Made by a program: the position numbers and the translations under genes. From an uncultured Alphaproteobacteria bacterium (GTDB taxonomy: Bacteria; Pseudomonadota; Alphaproteobacteria; Micropepsales; Micropepsaceae), in contig CAIOYY010000003.1 in the NCBI GenBank assembly GCA_903862715.1, forward strand, positions 1,687 to 65,686: a DNA stretch of 64,000 bases, in the 5' to 3' direction. Of this stretch, positions 18,851-29,000 are shown piece by piece (position 1 is the stretch's first letter; the number at the start of each line of letters is the position of its first letter). Under the pieces are notes generated by a model. It did no database searches. It had not been told where the DNA came from and saw only the letters and a list, made by a program, of their open reading frames with translations.

Positions 18851-19906
18851 GTGTTTCACCGCATGGCGACCGAGCCCCGGCTTCTCGCACTCCAGACGGC
18901 AGTGCCTCCCTTTATGCTGGAGCAGGCGGTGGTGGCCGATATTGCGCGGACGCTGTTCACCGGCCACGCCGATATCGAGCGCCTGATGCCGGTTTTCACC
19001 AACACCGGAATCGAGAAGCGGTATTCCTGCGTGCCGCCCGAATGGTATCTCGGGACTCATGGCTGGAAAGATCGCAATGCGATCTTTCTCGATCATGCGG
19101 TGACGCTGCTGACGCGCGTGGCGGAGAAGCTTCTGGCCGAAGCGGGGCTTCGGCGCGACGAGATCGACGCCATTGTGACGGTAACGACCACCGGCATCGC
19201 GACGCCGAGCCTTGACGCGCTGATTGTCGAACGCATGGGGTTACGTCGCGATATTCAGCGCACGCCGATTTTCGGCTTCGGCTGCGCGGGCGGCGTATTG
19301 GGCCTTGCGCGCGCGGGCGCACTCGCCAAAGCCCAGCCCGGTTCGAAAGTCCTGTTTCTCGCCGTCGAGCTTTGCGCGCTGACCTTCCGCAAGGACGATG
19401 TGTCCAAAAGCAATATCGTGGCGACGGCGCTATTCGGCGACGGCGCGGCGGGTGCGATTGTTTCGACCGAAGGCGACGGCCCCAAGATCGGCGCGAGCTT
19501 CGAGCACACCTGGCCCGGCTCGCTCGACATCATGGGATGGGAAGTCGAGGAGGATGGGCTGAAGGCGATCTTCTCGCAGAGCATTCCCGGCCTTGTGAAT
19601 AATGAGCTGGAAAAGGTCCTGCAGGATTTTCTCGGGCGTAACGCGACCGCGCTCTCCGACATCGACGCCTTTGCCTGCCATCCCGGAGGCGCGAAAGTTT
19701 TGACCGCGCTGGAGCGCGCGCTGCGTCTTGAGGAAGGCGGGCTGACCGACAGCCGCAGCGTCTTGCGCGATTACGGGAATATGTCATCGGTGACGGTGCT
19801 GTTCGTGCTGGAACGCATGCGCATCGTTGCGCAGAAGAAGCGCGCCTTGATGTCGACACTGGGACCGGGCTTCACCGCCGCCTTTCTGATGCTGGAGGGG
19901 AGATGA
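18851..19906 (+). CDS. Type III polyketide synthase (chalcone synthase superfamily)
   Basis: Cys-His-Asn triad contexts are present: FGFGCAGG, ACHPGGAKV, YGNMSSVTVLF. Start is GTG at 18851 or ATG at 18863. Confidence 0.85.
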   Translation: MFHRMATEPRLLALQTAVPPFMLEQAVVADIARTLFTGHADIERLMPVFTNTGIEKRYSCVPPEWYLGTHGWKDRNAIFLDHAVTLLTRVAEKLLAEAGLRRDEIDAIVTVTTTGIATPSLDALIVERMGLRRDIQRTPIFGFGCAGGVLGLARAGALAKAQPGSKVLFLAVELCALTFRKDDVSKSNIVATALFGDGAAGAIVSTEGDGPKIGASFEHTWPGSLDIMGWEVEEDGLKAIFSQSIPGLVNNELEKVLQDFLGRNATALSDIDAFACHPGGAKVLTALERALRLEEGGLTDSRSVLRDYGNMSSVTVLFVLERMRIVAQKKRALMSTLGPGFTAAFLMLEGR

Positions 19907-20409
19907 GCCTCGCGCTTCTTCTCGTTTTACTGGTCGCCGCGCAGCGGCTGGCCGAAACGCTGTACGCCGCGCGCAACACGACGGCGCTGCTGGCGCGAGG
20001 CGCGATCGAGACGGGCGCGAAGCATTATCCGCTGATCCTTCTGCTGCATGGCGGCTGGCTGGCGGCGATTTTCGTCGCGGTGGCGATCACGCCGGATCCG
20101 GTCATCCATCCTTTACCGCTGGTGCTGTTTCTCGTTCTTCAGGCCGCGCGGCTCTGGGTGATTTCCACACTCGGGCCCTATTGGACGACACGGATCATCA
20201 CGCTGCCCGGCGCAGCCCTGGTAAATAAGGGCCCGTACCGGTTTGTGCGTCACCCGAATTACATCGTCGTCGCGGGAGAGATTGCGGTGTTTCCGCTGGT
20301 GTTCGGTGAAATCTGGATCGCGGTGATTTTTTCCGTGCTCAATGCGCTGGTGCTGGGCATACGCATTCGCGTCGAGAATGACTCGCTGGCCGCACGGCGT
20401 CGTTCCTGA
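19903..20409 (+). CDS. Isoprenylcysteine carboxyl methyltransferase (ICMT) family membrane methyltransferase
   Basis: Start overlaps the PKS stop (ATGA). Polytopic, with the GPYRFVRHPNYIVVAGE motif typical of ICMT-type enzymes. Confidence 0.75.
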   Translation: MSLALLLVLLVAAQRLAETLYAARNTTALLARGAIETGAKHYPLILLLHGGWLAAIFVAVAITPDPVIHPLPLVLFLVLQAARLWVISTLGPYWTTRIITLPGAALVNKGPYRFVRHPNYIVVAGEIAVFPLVFGEIWIAVIFSVLNALVLGIRIRVENDSLAARRRS

Positions 20410-20442
20410 CTATCGCCGTCCCGCATTTGCGGTTCACGTAAC

Positions 20443-21867
20443 CTAGCCGGTGCTTAATGCCTTCGGGGGTGCGGAGAGCGAGGGGACCGGTGCACCATCG
20501 GCGCCGGCCACGAGCTCGGCGATAAAGCGCTCCCCCCAATTCTCGATGTCGTTCTCTTTCAGAGCAGAGAACAATTCGGCATGCCGGGACCGGCGTTCGG
20601 CCAGCGGCATGGCGAGCGCGCGCGCAATGGCGGTGCCGACCGATTCCGCATCATAGGGATTGACCAGCAGCGCCGCCTTCAGTTCCGTGGCGGCGCCTGC
20701 GAAGCGCGACAGAATGAGAACGCCGGGATCCTCCTCATCCTGCGCCGCGACATATTCCTTGGCGACGAGATTCATGCCGTCGCGCAAAGGTGTCACGAGA
20801 GCGGCGCGCGCGAGGCGATAGAAACCGGCGAGCGCAAGGCGGCTATAGGTGCGGTTGATATAGCGGACAGGGAGCCATGACACGTCGCCATAACGGGCAT
20901 TGATTTCGCCCGCCAGCCCATCGATCCGGTGTTTCATGTCGATATATTCGGGAAGATCGTCGCGGCTTTGGGGCGTGATCTGAAGGAACGTGACATGCCC
21001 GCGCCATTCCTCATGCGCCCGCAGGAAATGCTCGAACCCTTCGAGGCGGTGCGTGATGCCCTTGGTGTAATCGAGGCGGTCTACGCCGATCATCAAGACG
21101 CCTGGAATGGTGGCGCGTATGCGCTGCACCAGATCGGAATCGGCAGCGCCGGCGGCGCGTTTGCGAAATTCCTCCGTGGCAATTCCGACCGGGAACACGC
21201 CGACGCGCATGCCTTGCGTGCGGCCCGCGCGCGGCGCCGGCCATTGATTGGGGAAGCCGCATTCGGCGGCGAGATAGCGGGAGAAATTGGCGGAATCGGC
21301 GTGGGTCTGAAACCCGACAAGATCATATTCCGCCAGCGCCGGAATGAGTTTTTCGTGATGGGACAACGCCGTCAGAATATCGGGCGGCGGCATCGGAATA
21401 TGCAGGAAGAAGCCGATGCGGTTCGCGTGACCGCGCAGGCGCAGCGCGCGCGCCAGCGGAATGTAATGATAGTCATGCACCCAGATGATATCGTCGGGCT
21501 TCAGGACCTTGCTCAGTTCATCCGCGAATTGTTCATTGACGCGGATATAGCCGGAGAGATCGCGGCGCGAAAATTCCGCGAGATCAAGACGGTAATGCAG
21601 GATCGGCCATAGAACGCGATTGGCGAAGCCGCTGTAATATTCCTGATAGTCCTCTTCGGAGAGATCGGTGACGATATAGGTCGTATTGCCGCTGCGAAGG
21701 GTTTTGGTTTCCACCTCCGCCTTCGGCTTGACGCCGCCGCTCCATCCGAACCAGGTGACATCACGCCGGTTCAGCGTCGCTTTCAGCGCTACTTCAAGCC
21801 CTCCCGCGCGCCGCGCCGCGCCTGTCGGAACAGACACGCGGTTCGATACTATGAAGAGCCGTGCCAA
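20443..21867 (-). CDS. otsA: Trehalose-6-phosphate synthase (GT20)
   Basis: [13 protein letters not shown]...WFGWSGG...[12 protein letters not shown]...[11 protein letters not shown]...[17 protein letters not shown] favour TTG at 21867, which is preceded by GGGAGGA and gives 474 aa. The track ORF extends to an ATG at 22062 and there is another ATG at 21951. Confidence 0.85.
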   Translation of the reverse strand: MARLFIVSNRVSVPTGAARRAGGLEVALKATLNRRDVTWFGWSGGVKPKAEVETKTLRSGNTTYIVTDLSEEDYQEYYSGFANRVLWPILHYRLDLAEFSRRDLSGYIRVNEQFADELSKVLKPDDIIWVHDYHYIPLARALRLRGHANRIGFFLHIPMPPPDILTALSHHEKLIPALAEYDLVGFQTHADSANFSRYLAAECGFPNQWPAPRAGRTQGMRVGVFPVGIATEEFRKRAAGAADSDLVQRIRATIPGVLMIGVDRLDYTKGITHRLEGFEHFLRAHEEWRGHVTFLQITPQSRDDLPEYIDMKHRIDGLAGEINARYGDVSWLPVRYINRTYSRLALAGFYRLARAALVTPLRDGMNLVAKEYVAAQDEEDPGVLILSRFAGAATELKAALLVNPYDAESVGTAIARALAMPLAERRSRHAELFSALKENDIENWGERFIAELVAGADGAPVPSLSAPPKALSTG

Positions 21868-23690
21868 TAGCGGTCCTCCCAGCTGCGGGACAGGCGTTTC
21901 GCGGTCAGGATCAATCCCGCCAGTGAATAGGTTTGAGGGAAGTTGCCCCATAGAGCGCCCGTTGCGGGATGAACGTCTTCGGACAGAAGACCGAAATGAT
22001 TGCGATAGCGCAGCGCATCGCGGAATAGCTCCCGGGCTTCCTCTTTCCGTCCCTGGCGCCAACGCGCATCGGCTAGCCAGAAACGGCAGACGAGAAAGGC
22101 CGTTTCCGGAAAGCCGAAATCATCGGCGGCGGCATAGCGCATGACGTGATGACCCTGCATCAGATGGCGCTCCACGGCATCGACCGTTGCGGTGAAGCGT
22201 GGATCATTCGCCTCGACCAGCCCAAGATCGGCAAGCAGCAGCACGCTGGCGTCAAGATCGGCCGAACCGAATGCACCGGTGAACGCATTCACGGACGGAT
22301 TCCACGCTTGTTCGAGAATCGTCGCCTGCAATGTGTCGGAAATCTTCTGCCAGTGCGCGGCGCGCGCGTGGAGATTGAGATGTCGCGCGATCGCCGCGAC
22401 GCGGTTGCAGCCTGCCCAGCACATGGCCGCCGAATAGGTATGAACTTCCGCCCGCCCGCGATATTCCCAGATTCCCGCATCGGGTTTGAGCGCAAGCTCT
22501 GCGGCCTTCTGCCCGAGTTTTTCGAGGAGCGGAAACAGCGCCGGACTGGCGGGACTGGGCAGGCGCTGATCGAAGAACATCGGCATCGCTGCAAGAATGA
22601 CGCTGCCATAGGCATCGTGCTGAACCTGATCGGCCGCCGCATTGCCGACGCGCACCGGGCCGTGGCCATTATATCCCGAAAGATTCTCGGCCACGCGCTC
22701 GGTCAATGCGTCATTCGGTACGATGCCATAGACGGGACGCAAATCCTTCGCGTCACCCGCGGCGATGCTGAGCACAAAGCCGATGAATTCCTCCATCGTC
22801 TTGGTCGCGCCCAGATGATTGAGCGCCTGTACGACGAAAAACGCGTCGCACAACCAGCAGGCGCGATAATCCCAGTTGCGGCCCGAATGTGGGCTTTCGG
22901 GAATCGAAGTGGTGAGCGCGGCGACGACCGCGCCGGTTTCCTCGAAATTGCACAGCTTCAGCGTGATCGCGGCGCGGATCACCTCTTCCTGCCAGTCATA
23001 GCCGATCGACAGAAAGCGCACCCATTCCAGCCAATAGGCGGTGGTGCGCTCGTTCAGTTCGCGGCAGGCCTTGTGCAGATCGTCGGGAAAGGGTTCGTCG
23101 GCGCCGAACACCAGATGCACGGGTTGCGTCAGAACGAAGGGCGTTTCCTTTTCGATATAGGATAAAGGCGCATCAGTGGTGAGCCGCAAGGTGTGAAACA
23201 GGCCGCCACTTTGGTAGCGCATATGATTAGACCCGCTCTCGCGCCGGGGGAGCGGGTCGCCATAATGGTGGGTAGGGCGAAAGCGCACAGAGATTCGCGG
23301 ATAGCCCGACAGGGGCTCGATGATGCGGATAAGCTGCGGCGGGCGGTAAATGCGCCCGAGATTCTTGTAACGCGGCGCGAAATCGGTAATCCGAACGGAA
23401 GAACCATCGCTCGACGTCATGATGGTGCATACCGTGGCGGTGTTGCGCACATAGGCAGTTTCGATATGGGTGAGGCCATCGAGCACAATATCGGTGAAGC
23501 CTTTTTCCTCATCGCCCGCGAGAAGGCGCGAGAACACCGGATCGCCGTCGAAGCGCGGATAGCACCACCAGACAAGGCGCGCTTTGGTATCGAGCAGCGC
23601 CGCGGTTCGGCCATTTCCGATGACCGCGAGATCGAGCGTTTGGGGGTTTACCGTCCGTGCTCCGCGCGGACGGCGAGAGCGGCAAGCCAT
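21849..23690 (-). CDS. Glycoside hydrolase family 15 (glucoamylase/trehalase-like) protein
   Basis: NPQTLDLAVIGNGRTAALLD...WWCYPRFDGDPVF is a typical GH15 N-terminus. It sits between otsB and otsA and overlaps both neighbours. Confidence 0.75.
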   Translation of the reverse strand: MACRSRRPRGARTVNPQTLDLAVIGNGRTAALLDTKARLVWWCYPRFDGDPVFSRLLAGDEEKGFTDIVLDGLTHIETAYVRNTATVCTIMTSSDGSSVRITDFAPRYKNLGRIYRPPQLIRIIEPLSGYPRISVRFRPTHHYGDPLPRRESGSNHMRYQSGGLFHTLRLTTDAPLSYIEKETPFVLTQPVHLVFGADEPFPDDLHKACRELNERTTAYWLEWVRFLSIGYDWQEEVIRAAITLKLCNFEETGAVVAALTTSIPESPHSGRNWDYRACWLCDAFFVVQALNHLGATKTMEEFIGFVLSIAAGDAKDLRPVYGIVPNDALTERVAENLSGYNGHGPVRVGNAAADQVQHDAYGSVILAAMPMFFDQRLPSPASPALFPLLEKLGQKAAELALKPDAGIWEYRGRAEVHTYSAAMCWAGCNRVAAIARHLNLHARAAHWQKISDTLQATILEQAWNPSVNAFTGAFGSADLDASVLLLADLGLVEANDPRFTATVDAVERHLMQGHHVMRYAAADDFGFPETAFLVCRFWLADARWRQGRKEEARELFRDALRYRNHFGLLSEDVHPATGALWGNFPQTYSLAGLILTAKRLSRSWEDRYWHGSS

Positions 23691-24448
23691 GTACGTACCT
23701 CGCCCGGTCCCGCGAGCATATGATCCGCACCGGCCATCGGACGCCCCACGGAAATGCCGATCCCGGAAAATTCGCCGAGCGCCGCAAACGCCGCTTCATC
23801 GGTTACATCATCGCCGATGAAAACGGGGCGACGTCCCCGAAACGGCGTCGTGCCGAGCAGCGTGCGCAGCGCCCGTCCCTTGTCGATCCCCACCGGTTTT
23901 ACTTCGACGACGCCTTTGCCTTCCAGCAGGCCGATGCCTTCACCCGCAGCTTCCGCGCAAATTTCATGGGCGCGGGCACGGAGCGCCGGGCCTTCCGCCG
24001 GCGCGGAACGGTAATGAAGCGCGACAGAAAATATTTTGTCTTCGACAATGACACCCGGATGCGCTTCGCCCAGACGTTTAAGCCGCGCGCGTAAATTCGG
24101 CGACAGGGGCTCAGCGTAAAGCGACCGCATGCTCTCATTCGGGCTTTCTTCGGTCCGCGCGTCTAGTGAAAGCCGGACCTCCGCCCCGTGACAGCCGACG
24201 ACGAAAAGAGCGAGATGGGGAAAGAGATGATCGATAGTGGACAAGGAACGCCCGCTGATAAGGGCGACCGCGCCGCCGAAGCCCCTCTGTAGACGCGCAA
24301 GGACGGCGTGAAGTTCCGCAGGAACAATCACCTCATCCGGATTTTCGGCGATATCGAGCAATGTTCCATCGATATCGAGGAGAAGGGCGCAGGAGGCGGG
24401 ATCGATTGAAAGCGATTCAACGCCTTGAGAGGATTCCAACAAAGACAT
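23648..24448 (-). CDS. otsB: Trehalose-6-phosphate phosphatase (HAD-IIB)
   Basis: HAD motif I LLLDIDGTLLD, ALISGRS, and C-terminal FIGDDVTDE. Confidence 0.8.
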   Translation of the reverse strand: MSLLESSQGVESLSIDPASCALLLDIDGTLLDIAENPDEVIVPAELHAVLARLQRGFGGAVALISGRSLSTIDHLFPHLALFVVGCHGAEVRLSLDARTEESPNESMRSLYAEPLSPNLRARLKRLGEAHPGVIVEDKIFSVALHYRSAPAEGPALRARAHEICAEAAGEGIGLLEGKGVVEVKPVGIDKGRALRTLLGTTPFRGRRPVFIGDDVTDEAAFAALGEFSGIGISVGRPMAGADHMLAGPGEVRTWLAALAVRAEHGR

Positions 24449-24510
24449 CAGGCGCGCAGTGTAGCCCGATAAAAGCGGAGGACGAAACCCCAGAAAGCGT
24501 AAGCGTGGCT

Positions 24511-25188
24511 TCAGCAGGGCGCCTTGCGCGCGAGGCCGTCATAAAGATCGAGACCGCGCTCGAACCATTCCATGACCGGATCGTCTTTTTCCAGAAGCGG
24601 AAAATCGCTGACCACGCGCGCCCAGAGAAAGGGCGCGAGGCAAACATAATCGGCATAAAGCGGCGCGTCGCCGCCGATCCATCTCTGCTGCTTCAACATC
24701 ATGCGCAAGGGTTGCAGGCTGTTTCGGAAGTCAGGCAGATGTTCATCGCGCGGCGCTTGCAGTTCCTCGAGTGTCTGGCCGAAACGTTTTTCGCGCGAGG
24801 CGCGGAAATAGTCTCTGTCCGCGGAATCGAGCACGTTCAGAATGTCGAGAAGAATGAGAGGAATGATTCCGGCATGGAGCGTCGTGATCGCCCAGGACTG
24901 GACGAAGGCCGTAAGACCTTCCGCCTCCTTGCCGCCGAACAGGGATGGGCGATCCGGATAATGCGTTTCCAGATAGCGGGCGATGGCCCAGGAATCGCCG
25001 ATGATATGCCCGCCATCGTCGATCACCGGCACAGTTTTCTGCGCGCCATCGGCGAGGGACGCGATTTGGGTAAAGCACACCGCACGCGTTTCGACGGCAA
25101 CGCCCTTATGGGCTAGCGCCCAGCGCGTGCGCCAGCAATTGGGGCTGAAGCGGCGGCCGTCCTGCCCCGCGAGATCATAGAGAATCAT
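24511..25188 (-). CDS. Glutathione S-transferase family protein
   Basis: 225 aa. The N-terminal thioredoxin-like part carries SPNCWRTRWALAHKG...TVPVIDDGGHIIGDSWAIARYLE. Confidence 0.75.
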   Translation of the reverse strand: MILYDLAGQDGRRFSPNCWRTRWALAHKGVAVETRAVCFTQIASLADGAQKTVPVIDDGGHIIGDSWAIARYLETHYPDRPSLFGGKEAEGLTAFVQSWAITTLHAGIIPLILLDILNVLDSADRDYFRASREKRFGQTLEELQAPRDEHLPDFRNSLQPLRMMLKQQRWIGGDAPLYADYVCLAPFLWARVVSDFPLLEKDDPVMEWFERGLDLYDGLARKAPC

Positions 25189-25355
25189 GCCGTGCCCGCC
25201 ATTGTTACTGGTCCGCCAAACCTAAAGTGGGGACAGGGAATGGAAAAGGCCAAGCCGCCGCGTCACACCGGCGTGAATGTCGCGGGAGGGTTCGCCCTTG
25301 CGCCCGGGAATTGCTATAAGCGCGCAACGCGAAAACGCCTGAGGGAGCCCGCCAG

Positions 25356-26222
25356 ATGGACCAGAGACTGATCGACCTGCACCATGATTATGTGCATCAC
25401 CATTTCGACCGCCGCAAATTTCTTGAACAGGCAGGACGGATTGTCGGCAGCGCGGGCGCGGCGGCGGCGCTTCTGCCGCTGCTCGACAGCAATAACGCCA
25501 ATGCGCAGACGATTGCCGAAACCGACAACCGCATCACCACCGAATGGGTGACGTTTGAGGGCGTGACGGGCGAGGTGAAAGCCTATCTGGCAAAACCGTC
25601 AGGCGCGGGAGAGCATCCGGGCGTCGTGATCGTGCACGAGATCGGCGGCGTCAGCCCGCATCAGCAGGATATCGCGCGCAGGCTCGCGGTCGCGGGCTTT
25701 GTCGCGCTGGGTGTGGACTTTCTATCGCCCGCAGGCGGCACGCCCGCACCGGGCGAAGGCAATGGCGCGGAACGCGCCCGTACGCTCGATCCCGTGCAGA
25801 CGGTCGAGAACGGCGTTGCCGCCGTCGCCTATTTGCGCGCCCGCGACGACACCACCGACAAGATCGGCGCGGTGGGCTTCTGCTGGGGCGGACGCGTGAC
25901 GCAGCAGCTTTCGGTGAACGATCCTACGCTGAACGCCGTCGTGGTGTTTTACGGCCAGCCTCCGCATCCTTCCGAAGCCCCGCGCGTGAACGCTCCGATT
26001 CTGATGAATTACGCCGATGTCATGCTCGACATGAACAATACCGGCGAAGTTATTCTCTATCGCGAAGAACTCGAGCGGCTGGGCAAGCCTTTCCAGTTTT
26101 ATATGTATGAAGGCGCGCAGCACGGCTTCAACAACGACACCAATCAGGAGCGTTACAATCAGGCGGCGGCGGAGCTGGCCTGGGGCCGCACCATCGACTG
26201 GTTCAAGGAATATCTGGCGTAG
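25356..26222 (+). CDS. Dienelactone hydrolase family protein with twin-arginine signal
   Basis: FDRRKFLEQAGRIVGSAGAAAALLP...ANAQT (Tat-type signal). VIVHEIGGV, GAVGFCWGG (Cys nucleophile context), YEGAQHGF. Confidence 0.75.
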   Translation: MDQRLIDLHHDYVHHHFDRRKFLEQAGRIVGSAGAAAALLPLLDSNNANAQTIAETDNRITTEWVTFEGVTGEVKAYLAKPSGAGEHPGVVIVHEIGGVSPHQQDIARRLAVAGFVALGVDFLSPAGGTPAPGEGNGAERARTLDPVQTVENGVAAVAYLRARDDTTDKIGAVGFCWGGRVTQQLSVNDPTLNAVVVFYGQPPHPSEAPRVNAPILMNYADVMLDMNNTGEVILYREELERLGKPFQFYMYEGAQHGFNNDTNQERYNQAAAELAWGRTIDWFKEYLA

Positions 26223-26342
26223 AGTGATTTTCCATCTCAGGGCGAAGGCGGCGCGAGCCATTCCGCCGCCTTTTCCTTTTTGATCTGAATCACGGCGGTG
26301 GCGCGAGCACAGCCGGATAATGGCTCCCAAATGGAGGACGCC

Positions 26343-26654
26343 ATGAGACCGGCATTTTTTCTCACTGTGTTCGTATTTGTGGCGACGATGGGCGCGGCCG
26401 ACGCGCAGACAGACGCGCAAGACGGTGCGCGCATTGCCGAGCAATGGTGCGCTTCGTGCCATCAGGTCGCGCCCGGCGGCCTGGCGCGCGACGCCGCGCC
26501 TTCTTTCGTGACGCTGGCAAACACGCGCGGCGAGAACCTCAACTGGGTGCGCAACCGAATGCAGAACCCGCTTTATCCGATGACGGGAATCAATCTCTCG
26601 CGCCGGGAAATCGAGGATATCGTCGCCTATTTCGAAACGCTGCGGACCGAGTAG
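26343..26654 (+). CDS. Monoheme c-type cytochrome
   Basis: ATG at 26343 preceded by GGAGGA. Signal peptide, then the heme motif CASCH. Confidence 0.7.
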   Translation: MRPAFFLTVFVFVATMGAADAQTDAQDGARIAEQWCASCHQVAPGGLARDAAPSFVTLANTRGENLNWVRNRMQNPLYPMTGINLSRREIEDIVAYFETLRTE

Positions 26655-26775
26655 CCCGCCGTCGGCGGAGCCCCCGCGATGGGAGCTGCCCCATGGTCTG
26701 CTTTGGGAACTGGAATGATTCTCTGGTAGCGTTGTTCCCGATCATCATCCGACCTCTCACGGCTGATCTGGAGCA

Positions 26776-27573
26776 ATGAAAAAAGCCCTCAAATATATTC
26801 TGCTCCTGCCTCTCGCATTGGCGGCGTCCCTCTATCTGACGGCGGGTGTTGCGCTTTATGTCTCGCAGCGCGGCATCATCTATCAGTCCTCCACGACGAT
26901 CGTCGCGCCGCCGCCGGCGGGGTCGATCTACAGCGCGCGCAACATAGCGCCCGAGGGTGGACGGCTTGTGGTCTGGACCGCGCCGCCCGCGCGCGCGGAT
27001 CTGCCGACCATCTTTTTCTTTCACGGCAATGCGAGCGACGTCAGCGACTTTGCGCAATTCGGCGAAATTTTTCACCGGCAGGGCTGGGGCGTGGTCCTCG
27101 CTGATTATCGCGGCTATGCCGGCAATAGCGGCAAGCCCAGCGAGCAAGGATTGTTCGATGACGCGCGCGCCCTCCTGGCCGCGATCCATCCGTCGGGCCC
27201 CGTCCTTCTGTGGGGACACAGTCTGGGGACAGGCGTTGCCGCACAACTCGCCAGCGAGGGGCTGGGCGATGCGCTGGTGCTGGAAGCGCCCTTCACGTCG
27301 CTCGCCGAGGTCGGAGCGGAACTGTATCCTCTGTTCCCTGTCGAATGGCTTCTGACCGACAGATTCGATACCGCGTCGCTGGTTCCCACCATTGATATGC
27401 CGGTTCTCATATTCCACGGCACGATTGACCCCATCGTGCCCTTCGCCTTGGGACAGAAGCTTGCCGAAAGCTTCGGCGCGCGCGCGGCCTTCGTGCCGAT
27501 GGAAAATGTGGGCCACATTCCGCATCAGCATGATCTGTCGGGCGTGGTGTTTCGCTGGTTTGAAAAACGCTGA
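26776..27573 (+). CDS. Alpha/beta hydrolase, N-terminally membrane-anchored
   Basis: N-terminal TM segment, FFFHGNASD, nucleophile elbow GHSLGTG, IFHGTIDPIVP. Confidence 0.7.
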   Translation: MKKALKYILLLPLALAASLYLTAGVALYVSQRGIIYQSSTTIVAPPPAGSIYSARNIAPEGGRLVVWTAPPARADLPTIFFFHGNASDVSDFAQFGEIFHRQGWGVVLADYRGYAGNSGKPSEQGLFDDARALLAAIHPSGPVLLWGHSLGTGVAAQLASEGLGDALVLEAPFTSLAEVGAELYPLFPVEWLLTDRFDTASLVPTIDMPVLIFHGTIDPIVPFALGQKLAESFGARAAFVPMENVGHIPHQHDLSGVVFRWFEKR

Positions 27574-27575
27574 CG

Positions 27576-27986
27576 TTATCCGCGCGCGGGCCTGGCTTCG
27601 CGGAAACAGGCTTCGATATTGTTGCCGTCCGGATCAAGCAGAAACGCGCCGTAATAATTGTCCGCGCCTTCGCGTGGACCGCGCTTGCCGAAATCCTTTC
27701 CTCCGGCAGCGATCCCCGCGCGATGGAATTCGTGAACCGCGTCCTTGCTTGCGGCAACAAAGGCGACATGCATCTGGTTGAGACCGGCGCGCGAGCCTTC
27801 CACCCAATAGGACGGACGACTGGTACCAATCCACAGATACGGAATGGGGTCGTCGGCGCTTTTCCCGAACAGGAACGCTTCCGGGCCATTGTCGGCGGTG
27901 CTGAGCCCCAAAGGCTTCGCAATGGCATCGTAGAAGCGGCGGGCACGGCCAAGGTCGGTAACGACGATTCCGGTGTGATCGAGCAA
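27576..27986 (-). CDS. VOC (glyoxalase/bleomycin resistance/dioxygenase) family protein
   Basis: MLDHTGIVVTDLGRARRFYD...HVAFVA...GAFLLDPDGNNIEA. Confidence 0.8.
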   Translation of the reverse strand: MLDHTGIVVTDLGRARRFYDAIAKPLGLSTADNGPEAFLFGKSADDPIPYLWIGTSRPSYWVEGSRAGLNQMHVAFVAASKDAVHEFHRAGIAAGGKDFGKRGPREGADNYYGAFLLDPDGNNIEACFREARPARG

Positions 27987-28049
27987 GGAGAGGAAATGGC
28001 GAACCCCCGCGTACGGTTCCCCCGAGGCTTCCTCACGCTTCGGTACAAA

Positions 28050-29000
28050 TTACGGCTTGCTGGCCTCTTCCAGGCGCGTTTGCGCGAAATCGCCAAGGTC
28101 GAGCCGTGACGCAATGGAAAAATCGCGCAATTGAGAGATGTTGCTGACGCTCGCAATAGGCGCTGCAATCGTCGGCTGGCGCATCAGCCAGGCGAGCGCC
28201 ACGGCCGACGGCGTGATGCCATAGGCTTTGGCGACGACATCGAGTCCGGCGAGAATGCGAAGCCCGCGCGGGTTCAGATAATTCCCCATGCCGCCGCCAC
28301 GGCGGCTTTTGGCGAAATCCGCTTGCGAGCGGTATTTGCCGGTGAGAAACCCCGAGGCCAGCGCGTAATAGGGAATGACACCGATATTCTCGGCGCGGCA
28401 CAGCGGCTGGAGCTCGCGTTCGAATCCTTCGCGGTCATAGAGATTGTAGCGCGGCTGCAATGTGACGAAGCGTGGAAAGCCCTCCCGATCGGAAATCTCC
28501 AGGGCCTGACGAAGCCGCGCCGCGCTGTAGTTCGACGCGCCGATCGCGCGCACCTTTCCGGCGGCGACGAGTTCGGCAAACGTCTCCAGCGTTTCCTCGA
28601 GCGGCGCGAGCGGATCGTCCTTATGGGCCTGATAGAGATCGATGTAATCGGTCTGAAGCCGAGCGAGCGAGGCTTCGACTTCCTGCATGATGTGCGCACG
28701 TGACAGGCCTTTGCCGCGCGCGCCGTGATCCCAGCCGACCTTGGTGGCGACCACGATATCGGCGCGGTTGCCGCGCGCCTTCATCCAGGCGCCGATGATC
28801 GCTTCGGATTCGCCGCCGACATTGCCAGGCGCCCAGTCGGAATAGACATTGGCGGTATCGACAGCGTTGAACCCCGCATCGACAAAGGCATCGAGCAGCG
28901 CGAAGGCTTTATCGCGATCGACCGTCCAGCCGAAGACATTGCCGCCGAACATGATGGGGGCGATGTGAATGCCCGAATTGCCAAGCTCGCGTCGATCCAT
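28050..29000 (-). CDS. Aldo/keto reductase
   Basis: ATG at 29000 (MDRRELGNSGIHIAPIMFGGNVFG). DTANVYS, DLYQAHKDD, IGASNY. The upstream part of track ORF 28050..29330 is non-coding-like. Confidence 0.85.
   Translation of the reverse strand: MDRRELGNSGIHIAPIMFGGNVFGWTVDRDKAFALLDAFVDAGFNAVDTANVYSDWAPGNVGGESEAIIGAWMKARGNRADIVVATKVGWDHGARGKGLSRAHIMQEVEASLARLQTDYIDLYQAHKDDPLAPLEETLETFAELVAAGKVRAIGASNYSAARLRQALEISDREGFPRFVTLQPRYNLYDREGFERELQPLCRAENIGVIPYYALASGFLTGKYRSQADFAKSRRGGGMGNYLNPRGLRILAGLDVVAKAYGITPSAVALAWLMRQPTIAAPIASVSNISQLRDFSIASRLDLGDFAQTRLEEASKP

Noticed and set aside
21868-22062. The upstream ATGs at 22062 and 21951 as the otsA start
   Set aside because: The extra 28-65 residues (Arg/Ser/Pro-rich) overlap the GH15 coding region and have no counterpart in OtsA as I know it. 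The TTG at 21867 has a strong RBS and gives the canonical (M)[11 protein letters not shown]-terminus. The alternative cannot be excluded without proteomic or homology data.
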